Positions 33,573-43,927 of a stretch of 64,000 bases of DNA are shown piece by piece (within the stretch, counting starts at the first letter, position 1; every line of letters begins with the position of its first letter). This DNA comes from a virus. Taxonomy: Duplodnaviria; Caudoviricetes. A program made the translations under genes and the position numbers. The notes beneath the pieces were generated by a model, which had not been told where the DNA came from, searched no databases, and saw only the letters and a list, made by a program, of their open reading frames with translations. The stretch spans positions 5,239-69,238 of the IMG/VR virus record IMGVR_UViG_3300032227_000976; one strand, 5' to 3'.

Positions 33573-34103
33573 GTGACGTGGTCGTATAGCGGCAGTCCGG
33601 CGTCAAGCCATCGTGACGCGATTCGGTTCTACGTTGGGGATATCGATCCTGCACTGCCGCTGCTTCAGGACGAGGACATCGACTTCCTGCTGGACAAGTG
33701 GCTGGACTTGTATGGGTCTGACTTGATGGTGGCGGCTGGTGCTGCGGAGATTATCTCGAATCATTTCGGGCGCGAGGTGTCGGTGTCTGCCGATGGCGTG
33801 TCGGTTGGTTCGAGCGAGTTGCAGCAGAAGTACAACGACATCGCGATGAACCTGCGGGAGATGTACAAGATCGAGCAGATCGGTACGCCGATTGTCCCTG
33901 GTTTGTGGGATACGTCATGGGATCCGACGATCAAGGTCCTGCGCTTCGGCATCGGATTCACGGACAACTACTTGGCCGGCCGTCAGGATTACGGGGATTA
34001 CGACCCGGGCGGGTATCCGAACAATAACGGCGTCGGTGACTGGAACCAGTTGACCGGCGGTGCTGGTGGCGGCAGTGACGTTGCTTCGGATGGCGATTCC
34101 TGA
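33573..34103 (+). CDS. Head-to-tail adaptor
   Basis: MTWSYSG.P.....D.IRFYVGD.D...LLQDEDI.FLL pattern; position. Confidence 0.75.
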   Translation: MTWSYSGSPASSHRDAIRFYVGDIDPALPLLQDEDIDFLLDKWLDLYGSDLMVAAGAAEIISNHFGREVSVSADGVSVGSSELQQKYNDIAMNLREMYKIEQIGTPIVPGLWDTSWDPTIKVLRFGIGFTDNYLAGRQDYGDYDPGGYPNNNGVGDWNQLTGGAGGGSDVASDGDS

Positions 34104-34609
34104 TGTGGCAGTGGAGCGCGGTGACGCCGCGTTTCTCAACAAATACGAGCGCCTACATCGCACGGGTGTACGCGGAGCGGAACATGGATTCGACGGTGCG
34201 GATCTGGCGGCCTGCGACGCCGGGGTTCATCCCGCAGTCGGGGACGCTGCTGGCTGAGGAGATGTTCGAGGTGTACGTGGGCAAGGCCCGGGTGTACACG
34301 GTGGCAGGGCCGATCACGATGGGTATTGGTGACGAGCCGACGTACTACTCGTCAACGTTCGTGAGCATCCCATTGACGACTGAGGTCACGTCTCCGGCGG
34401 TGGAGCCGGTCGCTCAGTCCCCTCGGGTGGACGACATCGTGCAGGTGGACCGGCATCGCGACCCGCTCATGGTGGGCAGGTATTTCCGGGTGGTGGACGT
34501 GGAGGCTGGTTCCCAGTTCCCGGTGTCCCGCCGGATGCAGTGCGTGGGTATTCAGGCGTCACAGCAGTGGGGTAGTCCGCAGATTCCGACGGAATGGATC
34601 ATCAAATGA
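34103..34609 (+). CDS. Head-to-tail stopper (DUF6093-like)
   Basis: M.STVRI.RP...VYVGKARV...DDIVQV...GR.FRV pattern. Confidence 0.65.
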   Translation: MWQWSAVTPRFSTNTSAYIARVYAERNMDSTVRIWRPATPGFIPQSGTLLAEEMFEVYVGKARVYTVAGPITMGIGDEPTYYSSTFVSIPLTTEVTSPAVEPVAQSPRVDDIVQVDRHRDPLMVGRYFRVVDVEAGSQFPVSRRMQCVGIQASQQWGSPQIPTEWIIK

Positions 34610-34848
34610 AGCCTGATGAGCTGATTACTCGACTTGAGGGTTTGAGGGATGTGGCGTCACGCGCTGATGAGGCAGCGATCGCTGGTGCGCGTGACGCGAT
34701 TAAGGGAGTGAGAGTGCCGGGTCACCGGGTGTCAATGTCTGGGTCGCGTATTCGGGTGACGGGGCCGATAGCGCCGAAGGTCGCGGAACGTCTCGCTCGT
34801 GAGGCCGGCAAGGGCGCGCAGGCGTCAGTGAGGGGACTGTTGCCGTGA
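34606..34848 (+). CDS. Hypothetical neck-region protein
   Basis: Coupled ATGA/GTGA overlaps. Confidence 0.65.
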   Translation: MKPDELITRLEGLRDVASRADEAAIAGARDAIKGVRVPGHRVSMSGSRIRVTGPIAPKVAERLAREAGKGAQASVRGLLP

Positions 34849-35279
34849 TCAACATCGGGGAGTTGACGAATGTGGTGGTGGCGACGCTGTCGAAGTCTGG
34901 GCAGCGGATCGGCGATGGGATCGCACCTCATGGGGTTGGGTGGCTGTCCGGTCAGCCAAACGTGTCCGCGTTCATCCCGTACTCGGTGGTGATGTTTCAG
35001 GGCGGTCAGTTGGCTGACACGGCGTGGTCGTACAGCGAGCAGGTGCGGTCGTGGTCGACGTCGTGGCGGATGTCGTCCTACGGCGGTTCGAGGGAGCAGT
35101 GCGACTGGATGGCGGCGGCCGCACGCGATGAAGTGCCCCACTGCATTGGACAAAAATTTTACGGATACCGGGTGGGCATGGCCTCGTGGGGGTCGTTGGG
35201 TCCGATGACACGCAACGACTCGGTTGACCCGCCCATGTGGAGCGTCACTGATATGTTTACTTTGCGCTGCGATGCTTAA
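34845..35279 (+). CDS. Tail terminator-like protein
   Basis: IGDGIAP...PYSVV...S.GGSREQCDWMA pattern; position before the major tail gene. Confidence 0.65.
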   Translation: MINIGELTNVVVATLSKSGQRIGDGIAPHGVGWLSGQPNVSAFIPYSVVMFQGGQLADTAWSYSEQVRSWSTSWRMSSYGGSREQCDWMAAAARDEVPHCIGQKFYGYRVGMASWGSLGPMTRNDSVDPPMWSVTDMFTLRCDA

Positions 35280-35353
35280 CGACAAGACGCCGTGGGGCAT
35301 CTAGACTCATTCATAGTCACTCTCGCGAGAACGACCTATCGAAAGGCACCACC

Positions 35354-35866
35354 ATGAGAATTATCCCTAATGAGAATTCTTGGATCGGATTCACAAAGGT
35401 CCGTCCTGCGAATTTCACGGCACCGTCTGTTGCGGAGATCACCGCTGCAATTGACCTGACCAGTTTCATTATCAGTATCACTGCAAATTCGCAGGGCAAC
35501 ACGGTTCCGACCCCGAACATCGACTCGCTGTTTGAGACGTCAGTCCCGGGTACGAGCCAGGCATCGTTTATGTCGGACATGTACCGCGATGACGCCGCGG
35601 ATACTGCGTGGGAGACCCTCCCGCGTGGCACCACGGGATACTTCTACATTTCGCGTTTCGGCGGCACTGGCCCGGGTTACACCCCGGCGGTCGGTGAGCC
35701 TGTCGAGGTGTGGCCGGTTCGTATCGTGTCGCGCAGCGCTTCGGCGATGGCGTCGAATACTGCGCAGACGTTCTCTTGCATGGCGTCTGTTCCTGAGGAG
35801 CCTGCTGAGAACGCGAAGGTCGCAGCGACGCTCACCAGCAATCCTGCTGTGAAGCCCGCAGCATGA
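35354..35866 (+). CDS. Major tail protein
   Basis: APSVAEITAAIDLT..I...N.VPTP..DSLFETS.PG; VEVWPV; RBS AAAGG. Confidence 0.85.
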   Translation: MRIIPNENSWIGFTKVRPANFTAPSVAEITAAIDLTSFIISITANSQGNTVPTPNIDSLFETSVPGTSQASFMSDMYRDDAADTAWETLPRGTTGYFYISRFGGTGPGYTPAVGEPVEVWPVRIVSRSASAMASNTAQTFSCMASVPEEPAENAKVAATLTSNPAVKPAA

Positions 35867-35967
35867 GCTATTCGCAGGAGCCACTGGACGGAATCGATAC
35901 CGAACCGGTGGCTCCTGCGACGCACGATTCACCGGGCCTTAGGGCGCAGACCAGTCGGAGGAAGAAA

Positions 35968-36393
35968 ATGAGTACTGCAACAGAGACACGCCGTCAGGCG
36001 ACGTTGAAGGACTTGCTGAATAAGCCCGCCCGAACAAAGGACGTCGTCCTGACGGTCCCGGATGAGGACGGCACGATGATCGAGTACGTGTTCACGATGC
36101 GTGCGATCGGGTCGAAGGCGTATGACGTCCTCGTTGGGATGCACCCGCCGACACCGGACCAGAAGCGTGAGGGATCGACGTACAACCCTGACACGTTCGG
36201 ACCGGCACTGATCTCGATGTGCTCAGCGAATCCCCGGATGACGCCGAATGAGGCGAAGGAACTCTGGGAGTCCGACGAGTGGAGTCGCGGGGAGGTCATG
36301 GAGATTTTCATGGCATCTGTCGAGGTGAACAGCCGGGGACTTGATGTCCCTTTTACCGCAGCCGACTCCGGTACGACCCGGCGTTCCAGTTAG
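35968..36393 (+). CDS. Tail assembly chaperone (gpG-like)
   Basis: RAIG.K.YD.L...HPPT...YNPDTF.PALI..C; RBS GGAGG. Alternative start at 35863. Confidence 0.85.
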   Translation: MSTATETRRQATLKDLLNKPARTKDVVLTVPDEDGTMIEYVFTMRAIGSKAYDVLVGMHPPTPDQKREGSTYNPDTFGPALISMCSANPRMTPNEAKELWESDEWSRGEVMEIFMASVEVNSRGLDVPFTAADSGTTRRSS

Positions 36394-36710
36394 AGGTCGG
36401 CTGGTGCTCGGATCACGGGCTTTCCCATTCGGCGCTGCTGGATTGGGAGCCGGAGGACAGGGCGAAGCTGGTCGCGTACCTGCTGGAGTCCAGTAGCAAG
36501 TGCCAGCAGTGCGGCACCGCCGCATGGGAGTGGGAGGAGGACCGTTTTGCGTACGAGCCGACGGTTACCCAATGCTGGGGCTGCTACCTCAAGGATCTCG
36601 TGCACAGTGAGGCAGACATGCCTGGTGCGCGGATCACGCTGCTGCCGAAGGAGTCGGCCCGCCTGCTGCGGGAGTCGCCGCCTGAGCCTCCGACGAGGAG
36701 GCGCACATGA
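36348..36710 (+). CDS. Tail assembly chaperone -1 frameshift extension (gpGT-like)
   Basis: Slippery C CCT TTT at 36348-36354; stem CAGCCGAC (36359) / GTCGGCTG (36396). The -1 frame reads YRSRLRYDPAFQLEVGWC...CQQCG...CWGC to TGA 36710, overlapping the tape measure ATG. Confidence 0.85.
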   Translation, partial: PFYRSRLRYDPAFQLEVGWCSDHGLSHSALLDWEPEDRAKLVAYLLESSSKCQQCGTAAWEWEEDRFAYEPTVTQCWGCYLKDLVHSEADMPGARITLLPKESARLLRESPPEPPTRRRT

Positions 36711-39700
36711 GTGAGTACATGGTCGATGTCGGCTTGAACGTGAACGCCGGGTCGTACATGACGTCGATGGGCCAAGCCGTCGCGGTGACCCGCCAGTACT
36801 CGGAAGTCGTTGACGGCATTCCGGCCGTTGCGACGAAGATGACGAGCGCCCTCGTGGGCGCAGCGAACAAGATCACCGGGTTTAACGCAGTGAACACTCT
36901 CGCGGTGGACACTGCCGCGTCGTACCAGAAGGCGTTGAGCGGGATTGAGGCTGGCGCTGCGGCGTCGGGCCGGTCGTTCACGGCACTGGAGAAGACGACG
37001 AAGCAGTTTGGCAGGAATTTTTCTGGCGGCATGGGTCAGGCCGTTCAAGTTGTGGAGACCTTGCAGAAGCAGGGCATCAAGTCCGAGAAGCAGATCGACT
37101 CGCTGGGTAAGGCGTGGATCAAACTTGGCGCGGCGACGGGGTCGAATGCGGCGCAGATCGGCGCGGATTTCACGCAACTGTCCCGGTCAATGGGCAATGG
37201 GATCAGCCAGTTCACGAAACTGTCTGATTCGCTGGTGACGACGACGGCGAAGATCGGCGGGTCTGCTGATTCAGTGGTGTCGTTTTCGAAGGCCCTCGCG
37301 CCGGTCGCGGCAACAATCGGCATCAATCAGACAGCAGTCATGGGTCTATCGGCGGCGATGTCGAGCCTCGGTGAGGATGGGTACCGGTCGGCGAACGTGC
37401 TGAACAAGGTCATGCTGGACATGAACCGGGCGGTCCGCGATGGCGGCCCGGAGTTGAAGGCGTACGCCGATGTGATGGGGACGACGTCGGAGAAGCTGCG
37501 CGACTTGATGAAGCAGGATCCGACGGAGTTCATGACGCGGTTCGCGGAGTCACTGGGCAAGGCTGGTCCGCAGATGTCTAGGCAGTTGGAGATGCTCGGG
37601 TTTGACTCAGTGCGGGACACCCGGTCTCTTGCGGCACTGACCCGGTCGGGGAACTTGCGTGAGGCGATCGACACGGCGCAGAAGTCGTATGGGGATGGCT
37701 CGACGGAGCGCGCAGCATCGAAGGCCCTTGAAGGGGTCACGGACCAAGCGGACAAGTTGAAGGAGTCGATGACGCAGGTCGTCGTGAACATGGGTCGGCC
37801 GCTGCTGGGCGTGGCGTCAAACCAGTTGGGTGTCGCGAACACGATCGCTGGTGGCATTGCGGGCGCGACGGAGGGGAAAGTCCCCCAGGTGCTTACTGGT
37901 GTAGCGGGGGCTGCTGGCGCAGCGGGCAGTATTGGCATGAATGCGCTGACGTTGGCGTCGTTCTACGCGTTGTCGAAGATCGTCGGGAGGAAACTCGGGG
38001 AGTCGGACACGGTCCAGGAGGGTAGGCGGGCACTCGTTCAGCGGTCTCAAGGCCTGCCGGTGGCGACTGCGCCTACGGCCTTGGGAAGGTTTGGTCAGGT
38101 GATCGGCGGCGCGGTCGGTTCCACGCTTATGACCCCGTCCGGTGTTCCGATGACGGCCGGTGAGCGCTTCGCGTCGGGTGCGAGGACATTGGTTCGCACG
38201 GGCGCTGGTGTGGCGGCGTTCGGATTGAATTCGACGTACGGGAATTTGTTCCGCAACGCTCAGGGATTGGACCCGATTCGGGGTGTTGCGTACAACGATT
38301 TCAGGGATTCGGTGAAGTCTGCCGGGGCGCAATTCAAAGCCGGTGACATGCGCGGTGCGTTGCAGACGGTCGCGATGTCTGGCGGGCGAAGCCTAGGGTC
38401 TTTGGCTGATCCGTCGCAGCGCGTGACGCTCCCTCAGGCGATCGGCAGTACGGCGGTGGGCGCAGGGAGGATGGCCCTCGGCGCTGCCGGGCTCGCGGCG
38501 TCAAGTATTGGCAGGGTCGCGACATCCATCATGAACCCGTACATGATGGGCATCTTGGCTGCGGCCGGGACCGGCATGTATGCGGCGGGGAAGATCAAGG
38601 AGTCCGACGCCCGCGTACAACAGGTCGCTACCGCCGGGCAGGATTTGAACTCAACATTCAACTCGTTCGCGGCAGCGATGGGGATGGCATCGCGGGGTCT
38701 TGAGTCGTTTAGCGCGACGGCGTTGAAGTCGGCTGGCGACGTGGCGAAGGCGAACACGACGAACCGCGAGGCGACGACGATCGACCCGAATGAGGTCGCA
38801 GCGTCGAACGTGGCGGGGTATGAGCCGCAGAAGCGGTCAGACCGGGCGGAGGGCACGAATCTTGCTGCCGGTACGGCGATCGCGACGCTCGGGTTTTCAG
38901 CGAAGCCTGAGGAGATCGCCGCCTATGTGAACGATCTCGCATCGTCGAAGTCTTTGGGCAAGTTTGAGGCGCAGAATGTCGCCGATGTCTTGAGAGAGGT
39001 GTACGGCGACGGTAACTCCCGGCCGAACACCGAGATGGGCTACTCGCTCATGCAGGAGGCGGTCCGGGCGAACGGCGGCACGGTGCTGGGGTTGAATGGC
39101 CGGGTCACTGAGCCGCAGGCGGAGATCGGCGTCGGGATGACGCAGGCTGCCCAGGCGCAGGCGAACAGCGCCGGGAGACTGTTCGGCGGGGAGGTGTCGG
39201 TCTACTCGCCGAAGGACGGATCGAAGCTTTCGGCTACGTATGGGGATGTCGTAGCTGTATCGGAGGCGAAGCAGCTTTATGACGCTGCGTACGCGCAGCA
39301 GTTGGATGGCGAAGGTGATAAGAGCGCCGCTGCAATCACCGGTCAGGCAGTAAGTGACCTCATTGGAATTAATGAGGTGGACGCGTACAACGCGGGATTG
39401 CCGACTCAGGCGACGTCCCGTGGGGCGCAGTACGCACTGTTGAAGGAGAACAGGCAGACGTTCGAGGAGGTGATGGCACGCGCTGCGGAGGGCGGCAACA
39501 CGAATGCCGCACGCGCCCTCGCGCTCATCAATGAGGGGTATGTCACTGAGTCTGGGGCGAATTACAGCAAGTTCAGCCCGACGACTCCGGACAACGAGAA
39601 GGCCGCTCGGGCTCTGGATAAGTCGTTCGTGCTGACGAGTAAGGCCGCGGGGAGATTGTCGGACTCCCTGTATGAGGCTGAGGCGGCTGGTCGGGCATTG

Positions 39701-42700
39701 AAGAAGCCGATGGAAGAGTTGACGGCTCTCGACGTGAATGGGATGTCTGCTGCTGGGCGGGATATCAACAAGTACCGAATGGACCGCTCGGATACATCGA
39801 GGCGGGACGCTGGACTGAGCGTGCTGGATGCTGCGCTCGCAAACTCAAGTGGCAGCCAGGGCGTGGCTGCGGTGTCGATCAGGCTTCAGCAGGCGATGGC
39901 GACGAATGACGATTTGAAGAACGTGCTGGGCAGCGCGCTGGCGTTGCAGGAGCCGCGTAAGGCAGCGCAGGAGGCCGGTCGCACCCAAATGCAGGCGCTG
40001 CGGTCAAGCGCATCGTCGGCGTATTCCACATACGGCATGCAGTACACGCCGACGAACAGCGAACTTAACGACATCCTTGCCGCGCAGGAAGCCGGCCGAT
40101 ACCAGTGGCAGGAGGTGACGAGGTCTGACGCGATGGGTATAAATCGGTCTGCTGGCGCAATGCAGACGTCGATCAATGCAATGCAGCGCCAGACCGGGGT
40201 CACGATCGGGATGATCAACCGGGATACGGCGACGGGTGAACGGTACGCGCGTGAGGACTTCGCCCGCCAGCAGGACCTGTCGAGGTTTGAGCGAGACAAG
40301 ACGATCATGCGTTCGAACAGGGATTTCGGGACGCAGCGCACTCGTGCCACCGTCGAGTACAACAAGCAGGAGCAGTACTCAACCGAGGACAAGGAGCTTC
40401 AGGAGTTTCGGGCGAACCGTGACTTCACCCGGCAGATGTCCCAGTCCGATGACGACTACCGCAAGAGCAAATTCCGCGCTGATGAGGATTTCAATACCCA
40501 GCGGCTTCGCGCACAACGCGACTTCGATAAGCAGATGTTCCGTGGGCAGCGAGACTTCGATAAAGGGTCACTGCGTGGCCAAGAGGACTTTGACCGTGCG
40601 CGGGTGCGTGCGACGGAGGACTTCAACAAGCAGATTGCCCGCATGGTTGAGGATTCCGCGAAGCAAATGTACGACCCGTGGAAGCGGATCAGCGCCCAGA
40701 TGGTGATGGATGCCGGGCAACTGGTGACGAACTTGAAGGATCAGACGGCAGCCGTTGACAGGCAGGTGTCGAATCTTGCGGAGGCACGGTCGCTTGGTTT
40801 GTCGGATGCAGCGATCAAGGCATTGAACTTGTCGGACGCTTCAAACGCGCAGCAACTGTCCCGCATTGTGGAAGATATTCGCGGGAATGGTTCGTTCTCA
40901 ACGCAGATCAACAACGCGGCTGGGGCGAAAGCATTGAGTTCCGGGGTACTGGCGCAGGATCAAGGGAACGTGTCCTTTGCTCGCGCTCAGGAGGATTTTG
41001 CGACACAGATGAAGCGCGGCAGCGAGGACTTCAACACGTCGAAGTCTCGTGCGCTCACGGATTTCGAGCAGTCGAAGTCCGATACGAATGCGGATTTCAA
41101 ACAGTCGTTGGACGACTCGCAGGCTGACTTCAACAAGAACATGGTCCGGATGGACGCGGATTTCGCGGTGAGCGTCGTGCGAGCGAATCTGGCGTTCGAC
41201 ACGTCAATGGGTGACATGCAGCAGTCGTTCAACATCTCCCGAGCGCGCGCGAAGGAGATGTTCACCCAGCAGCTCGCGTACTCGAAAGCCGACCATGATT
41301 TGGCACTGTCGGACTTGAACAAGGACTTCAACCATGCGAGCCAGGTCGCGGCGGACAGCCTTGAACTGTCGGTGAAGCGGATGTGGGAGCGGGCGCGCAC
41401 GTCGATCGCGGATGCGGGGGCTGCTGCATCAGCGCAGATCAAGTCGATGATGGAGCAGTTCTACCAAGTAGGACAGTCGTCTGCGGCGGGCGACGGCGGG
41501 ATCACGCAGATGCTTTCCGATGCGATGAAGAACGGGATTGACCCGAAGACGATGGGCGAGGACTGGCAGGCACGCATCCAGAACTCACTGGACTACATCA
41601 AGACGAACAACATCAAGGTGCCGAAAGCGCTGACGGACTTCTACGCAGGCAAGGGGTTCACAGGCAAGGACTTGAAACCGGATCTTCCGACGGTGAGGGA
41701 GGCGGAAGGCGAGGCTGCTCCAAGACGTCAGTATGACGAGTCGGACAAGGCGGGTCTTCACAACCGAGTATCGGTCGACACGTCACCAATTTCGATATGG
41801 AAGGTTCTCGGTAATCCGGGGGGCGAGGATCTTCAAAAGAAGTGGAAAGAGCTGGGTGTGGCGGCTGCACAAGGATTTGCTCAAGGGTTCACAGGTAGCG
41901 CTGATGATGAGAGCCTGGGGCTGCAAATGATTAGGGGCTTCATTCAGGCAGTGAAGAACATCTTTGGCATCCAGTCCCCTTCGAAGGTGTTCAAGGAGAT
42001 CGGCGAGAACGTCGTGCAGGGGCTGAAGGATGGCATCACGGGCACGATTGGCGGGGTGTGGGAGAAGATCACGGACCCGATCAAGGACTTGGATATTGGC
42101 GGGAAGGTGACGGCTGCGTTCGAAACGGCGAAGACGTACCTTTCTACTTTGAGCGGGAAGATCACCGCGTGGGTGTCGTCCGCGTGGGATTCGATCACTA
42201 GACCACTGGCGTCCATCGACATTGAGAAGGCCGTAAAGGATGCGTTCTCGAAGGCGAAGGAATGGATCGGCGGACTGGGAGATAAGACTGATGGCGCGGC
42301 GGACTCCGTGTCGAAGTGGATTGGCAGTGCGTGGGACGGCATCATGTCGGGCATCCCGACGATCGAGAAGGTCTTGGGGAAGGTGCAGGCGGCATTCGGT
42401 CTGGGGGATGCGAAGGGCGGCGGCATCGCCCAATGGCTTCAGGGGCTGAAGGAAGCGGCGAAGGACGGCAAGGACACGGTCACGGGCTGGATTGGTGACG
42501 CGTGGGGGAAGATCCTCACTGGTATCCCTGATCTGGAGATGGTCAAGGACGCGTTCCGTCCACTTGTTCGCGGCATCGTGGACGTGGTGAATTCGGTCAT
42601 CAGTGCATGGAACGCGATTAAGATAACGTTCGAGATCCCGGCGATCGCCCGCGGGAAGTTCGGTATCCCCGACCAGCCGAGTTTTGCCCTCGGCACGAAA

Positions 42701-43057
42701 TCCGCTGACCCTGTCAAGTATCCCTTCGCCCTCGGCGGGATCGCGACCCGTCAGACGAATGCCATCATCGGTGAGGCCGGGTATCCGGAGGCTGTCATCC
42801 CGCTCAACCAGCGGGGTGCGGAAGTGCTCGCGGCGACGATGGCCCGATACGTGGACCGCACATCAGTGCAGACCTCAATGGTGTCCCAGTACGCGACCCC
42901 GGTGATCAACAACTACTCCAGCCAGTCATTCGACCAGTCAACGCAGTTCACTGGCCCGATCACCGTGAAGGCGCAGAGTCCCGATGAGATGGCGCAGGCG
43001 TTGCAGGCACGCGCGCGGCGCAAAGCACTGTCGCAGCCGATCCAGGGGAGACGCTGA
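36707..43057 (+). CDS. Tape measure protein (2116 aa)
   Basis: Size, position after the chaperones, TP901-type N-terminal core, 11-residue R...DF repeats, W-spaced repeats, FALGGI...IGEAGYPEAVIPL C-terminus. Confidence 0.93.
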   Translation: MSEYMVDVGLNVNAGSYMTSMGQAVAVTRQYSEVVDGIPAVATKMTSALVGAANKITGFNAVNTLAVDTAASYQKALSGIEAGAAASGRSFTALEKTTKQFGRNFSGGMGQAVQVVETLQKQGIKSEKQIDSLGKAWIKLGAATGSNAAQIGADFTQLSRSMGNGISQFTKLSDSLVTTTAKIGGSADSVVSFSKALAPVAATIGINQTAVMGLSAAMSSLGEDGYRSANVLNKVMLDMNRAVRDGGPELKAYADVMGTTSEKLRDLMKQDPTEFMTRFAESLGKAGPQMSRQLEMLGFDSVRDTRSLAALTRSGNLREAIDTAQKSYGDGSTERAASKALEGVTDQADKLKESMTQVVVNMGRPLLGVASNQLGVANTIAGGIAGATEGKVPQVLTGVAGAAGAAGSIGMNALTLASFYALSKIVGRKLGESDTVQEGRRALVQRSQGLPVATAPTALGRFGQVIGGAVGSTLMTPSGVPMTAGERFASGARTLVRTGAGVAAFGLNSTYGNLFRNAQGLDPIRGVAYNDFRDSVKSAGAQFKAGDMRGALQTVAMSGGRSLGSLADPSQRVTLPQAIGSTAVGAGRMALGAAGLAASSIGRVATSIMNPYMMGILAAAGTGMYAAGKIKESDARVQQVATAGQDLNSTFNSFAAAMGMASRGLESFSATALKSAGDVAKANTTNREATTIDPNEVAASNVAGYEPQKRSDRAEGTNLAAGTAIATLGFSAKPEEIAAYVNDLASSKSLGKFEAQNVADVLREVYGDGNSRPNTEMGYSLMQEAVRANGGTVLGLNGRVTEPQAEIGVGMTQAAQAQANSAGRLFGGEVSVYSPKDGSKLSATYGDVVAVSEAKQLYDAAYAQQLDGEGDKSAAAITGQAVSDLIGINEVDAYNAGLPTQATSRGAQYALLKENRQTFEEVMARAAEGGNTNAARALALINEGYVTESGANYSKFSPTTPDNEKAARALDKSFVLTSKAAGRLSDSLYEAEAAGRALKKPMEELTALDVNGMSAAGRDINKYRMDRSDTSRRDAGLSVLDAALANSSGSQGVAAVSIRLQQAMATNDDLKNVLGSALALQEPRKAAQEAGRTQMQALRSSASSAYSTYGMQYTPTNSELNDILAAQEAGRYQWQEVTRSDAMGINRSAGAMQTSINAMQRQTGVTIGMINRDTATGERYAREDFARQQDLSRFERDKTIMRSNRDFGTQRTRATVEYNKQEQYSTEDKELQEFRANRDFTRQMSQSDDDYRKSKFRADEDFNTQRLRAQRDFDKQMFRGQRDFDKGSLRGQEDFDRARVRATEDFNKQIARMVEDSAKQMYDPWKRISAQMVMDAGQLVTNLKDQTAAVDRQVSNLAEARSLGLSDAAIKALNLSDASNAQQLSRIVEDIRGNGSFSTQINNAAGAKALSSGVLAQDQGNVSFARAQEDFATQMKRGSEDFNTSKSRALTDFEQSKSDTNADFKQSLDDSQADFNKNMVRMDADFAVSVVRANLAFDTSMGDMQQSFNISRARAKEMFTQQLAYSKADHDLALSDLNKDFNHASQVAADSLELSVKRMWERARTSIADAGAAASAQIKSMMEQFYQVGQSSAAGDGGITQMLSDAMKNGIDPKTMGEDWQARIQNSLDYIKTNNIKVPKALTDFYAGKGFTGKDLKPDLPTVREAEGEAAPRRQYDESDKAGLHNRVSVDTSPISIWKVLGNPGGEDLQKKWKELGVAAAQGFAQGFTGSADDESLGLQMIRGFIQAVKNIFGIQSPSKVFKEIGENVVQGLKDGITGTIGGVWEKITDPIKDLDIGGKVTAAFETAKTYLSTLSGKITAWVSSAWDSITRPLASIDIEKAVKDAFSKAKEWIGGLGDKTDGAADSVSKWIGSAWDGIMSGIPTIEKVLGKVQAAFGLGDAKGGGIAQWLQGLKEAAKDGKDTVTGWIGDAWGKILTGIPDLEMVKDAFRPLVRGIVDVVNSVISAWNAIKITFEIPAIARGKFGIPDQPSFALGTKSADPVKYPFALGGIATRQTNAIIGEAGYPEAVIPLNQRGAEVLAATMARYVDRTSVQTSMVSQYATPVINNYSSQSFDQSTQFTGPITVKAQSPDEMAQALQARARRKALSQPIQGRR

Positions 43058-43491
43058 TGGACATCCTTCCAGTGACGTGCCGCCTGACAACCCCCGGTGG
43101 ATGGCTTGTCGTGTCTGAGGGCCTGTATCGGTTGAGTGCGACAGCGTTCGGGGAGCAGTCAACGACGTTCCGCCGGTCTGACGTGAGCAACCCGTTCGTT
43201 GAAGGGTCGTGGACAGTGAACGCAACCCGGGAGAACGTGACAGAGACACTGGACGTGTACGTGAGGGCTGATACTGCCCCGGATGTGCAACGGGCCGTGA
43301 GTTCGCTGCTAGCGACGCTGAGGCAGATCAACTTCGGCATGGAAGTGACGTTTGATGGGGTGCAAACGTTCTATCAGTGTTATTGCGCTGACGTGTCGGT
43401 GAAGACGCCTCGGGAGTTCAGGTTCTCGCGGATGGCGCAAGTGTCCGCTCAAATCCCACGTCACCCAGGTGCCGAGTGGAAGGCCGTCTAA
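43057..43491 (+). CDS. Minor tail protein (distal-tail-like)
   Basis: Directly after the tape measure gene; beta-rich. Confidence 0.65.
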   Translation: MDILPVTCRLTTPGGWLVVSEGLYRLSATAFGEQSTTFRRSDVSNPFVEGSWTVNATRENVTETLDVYVRADTAPDVQRAVSSLLATLRQINFGMEVTFDGVQTFYQCYCADVSVKTPREFRFSRMAQVSAQIPRHPGAEWKAV

Positions 43492-43901
43492 TGGGGTCAC
43501 TTTCAACGTGGGGCCGGTCTGTGGTGGTGAATTCGACGTTCAGGCCTGAGGCAGCACCAGCATTGGGAACGATCTGGTTGGCGCTCACAACACAAATACC
43601 GGTGTCAACGGACTCTGGGGACACGCTCCTTGAGCCGGTGGCATCAAGTTACGAGCGCAGCCCGTACGGCGTGGGTTCCTATTTCTGGAATCTGTCTGGT
43701 CCGGGGCTGCTCATTAATGCACGGGCTGTCGATTGGCGGCAGCCAGATGATGACTGGGGTCAGGTGACGGGATGGGCGTTTTGTACCGAATCGACGTCGG
43801 GGATGGTGCTGGCGTTCGGAGCACTGCCACGACCTACGACGGTTTCGAATGGGTCCCGGCTTCGAATACCTCCGGGGGCAATACGCCTCAACCTACTTTA
43901 G
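43491..43901 (+). CDS. Minor tail protein
   Basis: WLALTT...SYER...W.QVTGW...G..L.FG.L pattern; paralogous to 47571-47939. Confidence 0.7.
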   Translation: MGSLSTWGRSVVVNSTFRPEAAPALGTIWLALTTQIPVSTDSGDTLLEPVASSYERSPYGVGSYFWNLSGPGLLINARAVDWRQPDDDWGQVTGWAFCTESTSGMVLAFGALPRPTTVSNGSRLRIPPGAIRLNLL

Positions 43902-43927
43902 ACAGGCTTGATGCGTTCGCGTCAATC

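Noticed and set aside
36348-36403. Tail chaperone frameshift as a novelty
   Set aside because: Real but canonical for long-tailed phages; listed as a feature only.
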